Below, piece by piece: positions 1-11,400 of a stretch of 64,000 bases of DNA. The notes beneath the pieces are model-generated. The model saw only the letters and a list, made by a program, of their open reading frames with translations. It did not search any database and was not told where the DNA came from. The position numbers and the translations under genes are program-made. Position 1 is the stretch's first letter, and the number at the start of each line of letters is the position of its first letter. Origin of the DNA: Cyanophora paradoxa CCMP329 (lineage: Eukaryota > Plantae > Glaucophyta); assembly GCA_004431415.1 (NCBI GenBank), contig QPMI01000096.1, positions 62,001-126,000 on the forward strand, given 5' to 3'.

Positions 1-3000
1 GCTCGGCCGAGCCCGGCCGCCGCGCCTCACTCGCCTCCGCGCGCGCAGCATTGGCGACGTCAGGTACAGCGACCTCGTGGACGCCTTCCCGGTACCCCCC
101 CCCCCGGCCTTTCCGGCCCACGCCGTCTTGAGGGCCGACCGGGGCGCCAGTTCGGGCGACCCGTGCATGTGGCGCTGACGGCGGGGGCCGGCGCCGCGCC
201 GGACTGCCGCCTCTACCTCAACGGCGCTCTCGCCCGCTCCTTTCCATGCGCCGTGCGCCCCTCCTGCGCCCTCTCCACGCCCACGGAACGACCAGTTTCT
301 CATTCCATAAATTCGATCCGCGCCTGTCGGCAGGCGATCCCGAACGCTACGTGGGGCCCCGTGGCGGTGGGTCAGGACTACAACGAGGGCGCCCGGCGGC
401 CGGACGCGCGGGGCGTGCGCCTCGCCGACGTGCGCCTCTGGAGCGCCGAGAAGGGGCCGGAGGAGGTGGCGGCGCTCGCCGCCGGGGCGCCCGCCTCCGC
501 CGCCGGCCTCGAGCTCTACCTCCCGCTCGACGCCGGCCCCGTGCCCCCGCCCCGCCCCGCCGCCCTCCCCTTTCCCTTTCTGAGACCCGGCGGGCCAGGC
601 GGACGAGTCCGGGAGGAGGCGGCACGGGTGGCTGGTGCCGGCGGGGAGCCCCTTCGTCGCCTACGACGCGTTCTCCGCGGCCCCGCCCTTCCCCGCCGGC
701 AGCAGCAACGCCAGCGTACCCCCGGGGCCGTCCGGGGGCGCGCTGCGCGTCCGGGCGGTGGCGACCGCCGGCCAGGCGCCCTCCCTCCGCGAGACGCAGG
801 CCCGCAGCCCCTGCCCCGCGCTTATAAGCTAACCTCGGCTCATCATGTAAGCCGCGCAGGGCGTGCTCGTGAACGGCTCTCTGTACGTCTTCGGGGGCCT
901 CTGCGCGCCCCTCTACGCCCCCTGCGACGGGCCCCTCGCCTACCGCCTCGACCTCGCGGCCGGTGCGGGGTTGGCGCGGCCCGCGCCGGCCCGGCCCGGT
1001 CCGCTTTGAGCGTGCGGGCGGGGCGGCCGCAGGGGAGCCGGCGTGGGAGGCGCTGCCGCCCTTCGCGCGCGTGAGCACGGTTGCGCAGCCCATCGACTGG
1101 AACGAGAAGGTAGACACGGACTCCGCCGCCTCGCGCCCCGCCTTCCCTCGGGCAAACCCGACCCCCGGGGCGCAGACGCGGGTCGCGGCGACGACGGACG
1201 GGGCGGGGCGCGTCTGGCTGCACGGCGGCGTGCTGTGGGACGCGGAGGAACTCGAGCAGGCCGCCCCTGGCTTCACCCTCTTCGGTCCGCAAAGCGAAGC
1301 AGAGCAGAGCAGAGCGAAGCGGCGCCTGACGCCGCCGCCGCCGCCGCCGCTGGCGCCTCAGACTTGGAGAATTGGAGGCGGAGGGACCTCGCGCCGGGGC
1401 CCCCGCGCTTCGGCGGCTGCGGCGTGCGCCCTCTTTGGCCCCCGCGGGCCCGGCCGCTGGCCTCAGCGGGGGCGGGCGGGCGGGCGCGGCGCAGGTCTAC
1501 TACGATAAACGCGTCTACTACGTCTTCGGGCACCAGCGGCAGCTCGCCGGATACGCCTTCCCGCGCTGTGCGCCCCCTTGCGCGGCCCCGTTCCCAGCGC
1601 CGGCCGGGCCCCTTCGGTCGAGCTCGAGCCGCGCCCCGCAGCGGTGTACGCGTACGATACGGTCGCGAACGAGTGGCTCCTGAACGTGGTCCGTGGGGGT
1701 ACCCCCGCTCTTCCTTTCCCGTACCCCCCTCGTCCCCTCCATCCAGCCCCTGGCAGGTGTCGGAGGACGATCCCGACAACCTCGGCGGGCGCGGCTACTT
1801 CGCCTGGTGAGCCGTACCCCCTCTGTCTCTTCCCCCCCTTCCGACGAGGCTCCTCCCAGCAATTTGCTCGGCTCGCGGATCTACGTCTACGGGTACAGGG
1901 TCCTCCCCTCGGCTCCCGTTCCGCGGCACCCGAGCGGGGGTATCGGTTCGCAGCGGACTGCGCGAGGATCGCTCGGAGCGTGACCTGATGGGGTACGCCC
2001 GCGCCCGCCCCGCGCCCGCCCCGCCTCGCTCCGCCGAGCCGCCCCGCTTGCAGCGTACTGGACCTGGCGGCGGCGCCCCTGCGCTGGCGGCGCGTACCCG
2101 TCTTCCGGGCCGCCGGGGCCCCCGTCTTCGATACCCCCGTCTGGTCCGCCCAGCCCGGCCCGCCCGATCGATCCGCTCCGCCCCGCCCCGCCCCGACCGA
2201 GCCGCAGGCACTGGGCCAACTCAGAGCGCCACTGGGCGATCGCGGGGGGAATCAGCGCCGCCTACGCCCTCACGAACGTCCGCGTACCCCGCCCCGGCTC
2301 CTTCCCCCCCCTTCACCTCCCTTTCGAGCCGGGCGATGCCAGGCGAACCGTGCGGAGTTCGTGCCCGTCTCTCGGAACGCGTACCTCTTCGACGCTCGTG
2401 CGCCTGTACCGCCTTCCGTCTTCCCCGCCGTCTCGAATGCCGTCCCCCCACCCCTCCCCCAGGCTGCGAGCGGTGGTACCCCCTGGCTGTAGACGGCCAG
2501 GCTCCATTCCACACGGGTTCGAATCCGCCCGGGGCGCCGCGCGCTCTCTGGGGCCGCCTCGACCTGACCCGAGGCGCAGCGGGCGTCTCCGGCTTCTCGG
2601 CGGGGACGGGGGCGGTCCACTTTGGGGGCGTCACGGGCGGCAACAGCTACTCCGGAGCCCTCCACAGCGCCGACCTGAACGGTGTGCTTCTCTCCCCTCA
2701 ACTCGCCTGTGCCCCTCGCGATGCCGGAGGCGCGCGCGCAGTGACGGCGGAGTGCTACCCGGCGCCGCCGGCGCCCTCGCTGCTCGCCCTGCGCCTGCTC
2801 GCCTCGAACGAGACCCTCGGCTCCAACCGAACCCACGCCCTCAATAACGGTACGGCGACGGCGCCCGCGAACGGGACGCGGCGGTTTCTGGTCGCCGCGC
2901 TCTCCTTTCCGCCCGGCGGCAGCGTCGCGCGGCTCGAGGTCGCCTGCACGGGCCTCGCAAACGGCACCGCCGCCGTCGCCGCCGCCCGAAACGTGACGTG

Positions 3001-6000
3001 CGCCGCCGGCCCCACCCCTTCTAGACCTTCGGCCCGTTTTGAGAGACCGCCTCCCCGGAGCAGGGCGGAGGAGGCGGCGACGGGCGGTCCGGTGGAGCTC
3101 CTCGTCGAGTGGGAGGCGCCAGAAGGGCGCCCGCCGGCCCCCGACGCCGCCTGCGCCGCCGTCGCCGTCGCCCCCTACGGCGTACCCTCGGTCCCCTCGC
3201 CGCCCCGGCCCCTCTTCCCCCCGACCCCTTCGCCTTCCCCGTCCTCTTCCCCGTCCCCCTTGCCCTCTCCCACTCTGGCCGCCCCGCTCTCCTCGCCTGG
3301 CGCCGCGCCCGCGCAGCCCGGTGGCGGGGGCGGCTCGGGAGGCGCCGCCGGCTCGGGGGTCCAAGGCGGTGGCGGCGGCTCGGGCGCCGCCGCGGGGCCC
3401 CTGCCGCAGCCCTCGGTCCCGGGGAGGCAGCCAGAGCAGGTCAGCGGCGGGCCCCAGCGGCCGGCCCCGCCGGGCCGGTCGGCGCGCCGCAACCCTCGGG
3501 GCCCGTGCCCACGTCGCCCGCCTCGCCGGCGCCGTCGCCGTCGGCGCCTCCGGCGACGCCTTCGGCGGCGGCGGCGGCGGCGGCAGTGGCGCGGGTGCCG
3601 GCGCGCGTGCGGCTGCCGCTCGCGGAGCTGCGGCTGGACGGCACCGGCTCGGGCGGGGGCCCCGTGCGCTGCCGCTGGGCGCAGCTCGCGGGACCCCCGT
3701 TGCGCCTCCGCGACGCCGCCCTCTGCGCCGCCGCCGCCGAGCGGCCCACCCCGGCTCCTACGTGCGCCCCCGCCCCGACCGGCCTTGACCTTGCGCACCC
3801 GCGCCGCCGACGCGCGGACGGACGGGCGCAGGCCTTCGAGCTCGCGGTGTGGCCGGCCGACGCGGACGCCGACGCGGCGCCGGCGGCCGCCGCCCGCGCC
3901 GACGTCGACGTCCTCCCGCCCCTCGGTCCGCCCCGCCCCGCCCCGTCCCGCCCCCGGCCAGAATCGCCGCCTAACGGCGGCGAGTTCGTTTGTGCAGCGT
4001 TCTTCGTGCGGGTGCGGCTGGAGACGCCGTTCGAAGCCTTCGTGCAGGCGCGCGGGTGCGGGGCGGAGCTCGCCCGCGCCCTCGCCGCCGCCGAGGGCGG
4101 CCCCGGCCTCCTCCTCGTGCGCCTTTGAGCTTCTGCTTTCAACCGCCGATCAATAGTTAGTTAAGCTACATACAGCTTAAGCTTAAGCACCAAATAGTTA
4201 GGCTGCACCAAAGCATTAATAGTTAGGCTGCGCCAAAGCTTAAGCTACATACAAACAAGCCTTAAGCTCGCGCTTCCTAAAGCTCGCCGCCGAGGGCGAC
4301 CCCGGCCTCCTCCTCGTGCGCCCCCGACTTCGAGCTCAGCTTCCATTAGAGCCGCACTAGAGCTGAAGGTTCATTCAAGCTACGGTGTCGAGCTAAAACC
4401 GAGGGCGGCAGGTCTACCGCCTGGCGTGCCGCGCGGGCTCCGTCGTCCTCGAGCACCGCCTCTCCCACGCCGCCGGCGGCGACGCGGCCGCCGCCGAGGC
4501 GCCGCTGCGCTCCGCCGCCGCCGCCCTCGCCGCGCCCGCCGGCGCCGCGCGCCTCGCCGCCGCCTTCGGGGCTCCCGCCGAGGCCGCCGCCTTCGAGCTC
4601 GCCCCGGCCCCCGGTCCGCCCTCTGTCCCGCGCGCGCCTAGCGTCGCCCTCCGGCGCCTCAGACTTGCCCCGCTTGCGCAGCCGGCGCCGCCCTGCGCGT
4701 GACCGCGCCGGCCCTCCTCCGCGCCTCCGGGCGGAGCGGCCTCATCACTCTCTCCGCTGAGGCGAGCCTTGTCTGATGTGGCGTTGCGTTAAAGGCTCCG
4801 GTTTGAACCGAGCCCGGGGCCGGGCGGGGCGCAGGCGGAGGACGAGGAGGATGTGGTGGCGGGGGGCGAGTGGCGGCTCGAGGCCGGCCCGGCGCCCCTT
4901 TTCGCCCTCGGGCCGGCCCTCGCCGAGCCCGCCCCCTCCGACCCCTCCGGCTCCCGAACCCTCTTCCGCCTCCAGCTGCCCGGCGCGCCCGCCTGCCCGC
5001 CCGCCCCGCCCCGCCCCGCCCCCAGCGCCCCTCAGCTTCTCACGCGCCGCGCAGGGGGGCTGGCGGAGGGGGAGTACCGCTTCGCCTTCACCGCCTGGAA
5101 CCGCCTCAACTCCGCCGCCTCCGCCTCCATCACCCTCCTCGTCTCGTACCCCCCCGCGCCCCCCGGGGCCGGGGGCGAGGAGGCGCCCTCGCCGGTGGCG
5201 GCGGGCGTGGGGGCGGCCCTCTCTGCTGCCGCGTGCCTCGCCGCCGCATGTTTCTCGCTCGAGTGGCTCCTTGCCGCCGGGGCCGGCCCCGCGGCCCCCG
5301 CCAAAGGCTCCCAGGCGTCCTCGCCCCCCGCGGAGCAGCGGACGCCCAGCCCGATCGCGACCGAGACCAGCGGCACGCCCAACACGTCTGCGAAGTCTAG
5401 CGGCGCCGGCGCCGGCAAGCGGGGCGCCAAGGCCGACAGCCCGCGCGCCTGCGAGGCCCCCGCCCCCCGCGTCGCGCTCTGTCCCTGCCCCGCCCCTCCG
5501 GCTTCGCCCACCTCGCCGTCGGGCGACGGGGGCGGCCGGCTCCTGGTGCGCGCCCTCCCCCCTTGCCGTTCGTGTTTTCTTAGATCGCATACACCCCCGC
5601 AGCAATGGCTGCAGCACGTGAGCTTCCTCGCCGGTGCCATCGCCTCCGCCGCCCCTCCGGGCTACGGCCCCTTCGACCGCGCCCTCGGTGCCCTTGCGCC
5701 CCGCCCCGCCCCGCCCGACCCGCGGCCGCCTGCTCGACCCGTCCGACGCGGGGCGCGGCAGGCTGGGCCCTGGCGGTGCCTTTCGCGCCGGCCGCGGCCG
5801 AGGGCGGCGACGTCGACGGCGAGGGGCCGGGGCCGGGCGGGCGCTGCTGGCTGCCCTCGCCTGGACGGCCGGCTCCACCCTCGTCCTGGGCGCCGCCTCC
5901 CTCGCCGCCGCCGCCGCCCCGCTCCGCCGCCGCGGGCGGCCGCGGCCGCGGGCGGCGGCGGCGCCGCGGCGCCTCGCCGTCGCCCTCTTCGCCGGCCTCG

Positions 6001-7516
6001 CGCTGCCCGGCGCCGCCTACCGCGCGGGGCGCGCCCTCGCCGCCCCGCACGCCCTCTACCGGCCCCTCGCCGCCGCCGCCGCCGTGCGCCGTTTCCGCTT
6101 CGCTTCGCTTTGCTTTGCTTCGCTTGCCGCCGGCTGACGCGCCCCGCTCGGCCCCGCAGGCCGCCCTGGGCGCCGCCTCCCTGGCCCCGGGCCTCGTCCT
6201 CCTCCTCCGCCGGCCCACCTCCGACCACGTGCGCACTCTACCCCGCCCCCGCTTCCCCCCCTCCCCTCTCACGGCCTCTTTTTCCCCTCAGGCGTGGCCC
6301 ATCCTGGGCCCGCTCCTCGAGCCCTACGCCCGCCCCGGCCTCGTGCGACCCGTACCCCCCTTCCCTTCCCCCTTCCCCTTTCCCCTCACGCGACCTGCGC
6401 AGCGATACGCCGCCGGACTCGCCGCGCTGCCCCTCCGCGTCTGTGCTGCCGTCCTCCTCGGTACTAAGCCCCGCCTCTGCCCCATGTGCCTGCCCGCGTC
6501 CGCCTGAAGTCCCGGCGTCTCGGCAGGGGCCGCGGCGGCGCCGGACAGGGTCGGCCCGCCTGCGGCCGCCCTCGCCGTTGCCGCGCTGTTGCTGCTAGGG
6601 ACGGCCCTCTGGCGCCCGCACGCCGCCGCGGGGCCCGCCGCCCGCCACGCCGCCGCCTGCGCCGCCGAGGCCGCCGCCGCCGCCCTCCTTCTCGCGCGCG
6701 CCCTCGCGCCTTCCTTCGCCCCGGTGCGCCCCTCGCCGGCCGCCCTGCCCGCCCGCGCGCGCCGGCCGCCTCCGCCGTCTCTGATCATGAGGCCGCGCAG
6801 GCCCGCCGTTGCTGGCGCTGAGCGGCTTCCTGGCGGCGCTGCTGATCCTCGAGGCGCTCCTCTCTGCCGCCGCCGCCGCCGCCGCCGCTGTTCGCCCCTT
6901 TGCGCCCCGCCGCCCCTCCCGTGTGGCGCTGAGCCGCCGGGTCGCAGCGCGCGGGGCGCGGGCGCGGGCGAATCTCGGCGCAGCTCTCAGACCACGGCGC
7001 CGGCGGCGACCAGCCAGAGGGCGCCTGCACTCCGGAGCCGTCGATCGAGGGGCCGCCACCCGAGCCCCGACGGCAAGCGACGCCGCCCGGGGAGCCCTCT
7101 GCGCCGGATGCGGAGCCGCCCCTCGCGCCAGCGCCAGCGCCGCCCCTCTCGCCGCCCGCCCTGGGGCCCGGGGGCCCGCCCTCGGCGTCGGAGAGAGCGG
7201 CGTCTGGAGAGGGGGATCCAGAGAGCTCGAGGGAGAGCGGGCTGTGCGAAGAGGCGCCGGCGCCCCCGGTCCCGCCCCCCCGCAGGCAGCTGCGCGTGCG
7301 CGCGGGGCAGCGGCATCCGGGGCGCCGGCGCTAGCGCTAGCGGAGCCGCCGCTGCTGCCCGTCTCGTTTGACGCGACGCGCGCCCTGCCGGATCCAAGGC
7401 CGCCGCCGCCGCCGCAGCCGCAGCCGCAGCCGTTGCCGCAGCCGCAGCCCCGCCGCTTGCAATTGCAGCACCTGGGCGACCTGCCCCCTATCCCCTTCGC
7501 GCGCGCGCCCTTGTGA
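1..7516 (+). CDS. Multi-exon LamG (concanavalin A-like) + Kelch-repeat membrane protein; 5' end outside window, exon boundaries approximate
   Basis: Exon translations show LamG-type motifs (HVALT..LYLNG; VAVGQDY..LADVRLWS) and Kelch-type motifs (LYVFGG, VWLHGG, VYYVFG, YAYDTVANEW, VHFGGVTG). These are followed by Pro/Ser-rich linkers and several hydrophobic segments, ending at TGA 7514-7516. Whether all exons belong to one gene is inferred. Confidence 0.6.
4081..4323 (+). repeat. ~40-bp direct duplication of an exon end flanking an AT-rich insert
   Basis: ctcgccgccg(ccg)agggcgRccccggcctcctcctcgtgcgcc occurs at 4081-4123 and 4283-4323. The DNA between them is AGCT/TTAAG-rich. Confidence 0.8.
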
Positions 7517-7911
7517 GGGTGTACCCGGGTCCCGAGCTTCAAATCGAAGCCTTCAATCTGCATGTGAGTCCTCCAAGTAGCTATAGGTGCCGCGGAGGTT
7601 AGCGAAAAAGCAAGTAGTCCATCCCTGACATCCGTCGCTCTCTCCAAGCTAATACCGTCCTCGCGGGACTCCAAATTGGTGACTTTGTCTGGACATCCCA
7701 AGGCCTAGTCGGCCGCGTCGTTGGGACTCCGGGAAACCCCCATAGCTATCCCGGACGAAAACCCGGACGAATTGACTTCCGAGGACTCCGATGCGGACCC
7801 TAACTGCCCCCGAGACTCAGAGTATAACTATATATGGGGTGGAACTCATCCATTACTGTCTCACCCCATACGATGGCCTCCCGCCGTCCCTCTAACAGCG
7901 CGGCGATGAAG

Positions 7912-8490
7912 GGCCTCAGCAGACGCGGCCGTGGGGCATATGCGTTTATATTCCGATGAATCGCACGCCCCCTAGCTAGTACCTAGGCCGAGGGGGGCGC
8001 CGGGGCCGGGCCCGGAACCCGGGCCCGGGCGGGGCGGGGGGGCGGGCTCGGCGGCGAGAAAGGCCTCGGCCCTCGAGGAGGGCGGCGAGAAAAGCGCCTC
8101 AGCAGACGCAGCCGTGGGGCATATATGTTGATACTCCGATGAATCGCACGCCCCCTAGCTAGTGCGTAGGGCCGCCCTAGACAAGGCCGAGGGGCGCGCC
8201 CTGCCCGGCGCCGGCGCCGGCGCCGGGCCCCGGGCGGGGCGGAGGGGCATAATAAGGAATCAGTTAAACTCAAATTCAGCGGAGCTTTGAAATTCAGCGG
8301 ATGCGGCGGTGGGGCATATATATACGTTCGTTCGAATTCGCATGGATTTCAACCCTGGGACCCCCTAGCTAGTACCTAGGCCGAGGGGGGCGCCCTGCCC
8401 GGGGCCGGGCCCCGGGCGGGGGGGCGGGGCAGGCTCGGCGGCGAGGAAGGCCTCCCGCCGGCCCTCGAGGAGGGCGGCGAGGAAGGGCCG
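7912..8490. repeat. Three diverged tandem copies of the 3' end (last coding segment + stop + 3'UTR) of the RAP gene
   Basis: The blocks gtggggcatat.. and ..ccccctagctagt recur three times, with ..ggccgagggg..cgcc after each. They start near 7912, 8096 and 8290; the third copy contains the functional stop. Confidence 0.75.
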
Positions 8491-11400
8491 CCGCCGGTGC
8501 CGCGGCAGCGCGTTCCACTCCCGGTACGTCACGTGGTGCACCTGAGAAACCCACGGGAGTCAAGTTATTATGATCAATGATTAACTTAGACTAACTTGTT
8601 ATGATGTATTATGTTATGATTAGATTAGCTTCATTAGCTTCTTGTGATTAAATTAGACTAACTTATGCTCTGATCACTACTGTAGGCTCCATTTTCATCT
8701 CGGGGTTTGGAGGATGCGTAGAGGGGGCGGACCGTCCAGCCGTCGCGGGCGAGGAGGCGGTCCTTGAGCTCCGAGTCGCCGTCGAGGCGCCCGCTCAGCG
8801 CGAGGTAGTGCAGCGGGCCGTCCACCTCCACGCACACCCTGGGGGTAGGTGGGGGAGAGCCGTAGTTAGTTATTTATGGAAAGCCGTAGTTAGTTATTTA
8901 TGAAAGAGTAAGTTATAGTTAGTTAGTTACATAGTTAATGAGGGCGCGCGGGGAGTAAGTTAAAGTTAGTTACACATAGTAGTTAGTTATGTAGCTAAAA
9001 TAAGGGGGGCGCGGGCGCGGCGGACCGCTCGTCGGGGTACGCGATGTCGAGGAAGTAGGCGCCGGCGAAGTGCTCCTCCACGAAGCCGCCCCGAACCTCC
9101 GCGAGCTCCCCCGCCACGCTAGAGGGGGGGGGGGGAGTCAGGGGGCGGGGGAAGAAGGGGGGCAAGGGGAGGGGCGGGCACCTGATGTGGAGCCCGCTCG
9201 AGTCGTAGCCGCCCTGCGCGTGGCGCATGAGGAACTGAGGAGAGAAAAGAAGGCGGCGGGGCGGGGCGGGCGGGGGGGGGTACCCCGTCGACGAGGTCGG
9301 CGTAGTAGGCGGTGACTGCCTCGCGCAGCGAATCGGGAAAGCTCGGCAGCAGCTCCGGCCGCTCCGTGCGGAACGCGAACAGGATGATCCCCAGCTGCCG
9401 TACCCCTCAGACGGGATCCGGGGGGGGGGGGAAGAGAGGAGGGGTACCTGGTTCAGGTTCTCGGGGGAGAGGAGGAGGGTGCGCTGGTACGAGAGGAGCC
9501 GCTGCAGCATCCCAAGCTCCACGATCTCGTCTGGGGTACGGCGTTCGGAGACCGAGGGGGAGGAGGGATGAGGAGGGGGGGGAGAAGGCGAGATCCGGGT
9601 ACCGTGCCGGCCGAAGGCGATGAAGGCCCTGGGAAGGAGGCCGCGTCAGCCGGGGCACAGGGCGCGAAAGCAAAGTGCGGGGCGGGGGGGGGGGTACCAT
9701 GCGAGGTTGGAGACCTCCTGGGGGGAGAACTCGGCGAGCCGCTTGCGGGCCTGGGGGAAGGACGGGAGGCGGGGTACAGCGTCAGAGGGAGAAAGGCGGC
9801 GGGGCCGCAGAATCGGAGGGAAGGGCCGCGGCGCGCTTCCTCGACGAGGTGGTCGATGGCCGCCGGGTCGTCGAACCTGCCCCGAGCCTTCAGCGAAGCA
9901 AACGAAACAAAAGGAAAGGAAAGGAACGGAGAGGAAAGGAAAGGAAAGGAAAGGGAAGGGAAGGAAGGCACCGGACGTAGGCGAATGCGAGGGCGAGCAT
10001 CGTCAGCTCCTGCGCCTTCATCGCCGCCCCCCGCTGCCCAAAGAAGCTCAGCGGGGCTGTTCTAAGGGGGAGGGGGCGGAGGGGCGGGGCGCGCCTGGCG
10101 GGCCTCGTCGGCGAGGGCGCGCATGAGGTCGAGGTTGTCCACCCGCATCGTCCCGAACGCCCACGCCAGCTGCGGGGGGAGGGGGGGCGCGGTGAGGCAT
10201 TCTGAGGAGACGCGCCCTCTCTAACTTGTCTAGGCCTAGGGGCATTCTAAGGCCGCGCACGTTGGCGAGCTGCTGGCAGTTGAGGGCGTCGAGGCGCGTG
10301 AGGGCGTTCTCCGCTAGCGTCCGGAACAGCGGCGCGTCCAGGAACTGCACAGAGCGCGAGGGCAGCGTCAGAGGGGAAAGTAGGGGGGGGGGAGGGGGGT
10401 ACGCGCCTTGACGGTGGCGAAGGCCCAGGCGACGTTGGCGAGGCCCTGCCCCGTCAGCTGCCCCACCCGCCGCCGCGCCTCCTCGCTGGAGGAGGGGGGC
10501 GGGTGGGGGTGTTGGGTGGGGGTGAGGGGGGGGGGGAAGGGGGTAGGGGGAAGGGGTAGGGGCGGACCTGATCCGCCCGAAGAGGCGCGGGGGGGCGAAC
10601 TGCAGCTTCGCGAATCCCCACGCCACGTTCGAGATCTGGGGCCGGGGTTCGGGGGGGGGGGGAAGAGGTCCCGGGGGGTACGAGGGTACGCACGTTCTGC
10701 TCGCCGAAGTCGGAGAGGCGGCGGGCGGCCTCCGCGGCGACGCTCGAGAGCATCGCCTCGTCCCGTACCCCCACCTTCGCGAAGGCCCACACTGCGGCGA
10801 AACTTGAGATGGGGGGTATAGAATATCGGAAGGGGGGTACGGGCGGACCGATGTTGGAGATGGCCTGGGGGGAGAAGTCGGAGAGGCGGCGGGCGACGAG
10901 CTCGCCGGCGACGAGGGTGAAGAAGGCGACCACGGCGGGGGAGGCGAAGGCTGAGGGGGCTACCCCGTTGCTGCTGCTGCTGCTGCTCCCGCCCGCGGTC
11001 CCCGGGGCCGTGGAGGCGGCGGCGGCGAAAGAAGAGGAGGAGGAGGAGGGCTCCGGGGATGGCGAGGGCGAGGGGGAGGAGGCGGAGGGGGTCTGGGCCG
11101 GGGACGGCCCCAGGGGCGTCTCCGCGTCGCAGTTGGCCCCGAACCTGAGCGGAAGGTAAGGGATGGAAAGGAAGGGGGGTACGCGGAGGCGGGGGGTACG
11201 CACGTGGCGAAGGACCAGCAGAGGAGGGAGAGGCCCTGCGCCGCGAAGCTGCGCGGGGGGCGGGAGGCGGTGAGATAGACGGAAGAAGATGGAGCTCTGT
11301 GTGGAACTTTTGTATGGCGGGAGCGCCTCCCGGGGCTGCGCCTCGGCTGGGGGCGGGCGGGGCCGCACTCGGAGAGGCGCGTGACGGCGTGGGCGGCGGC

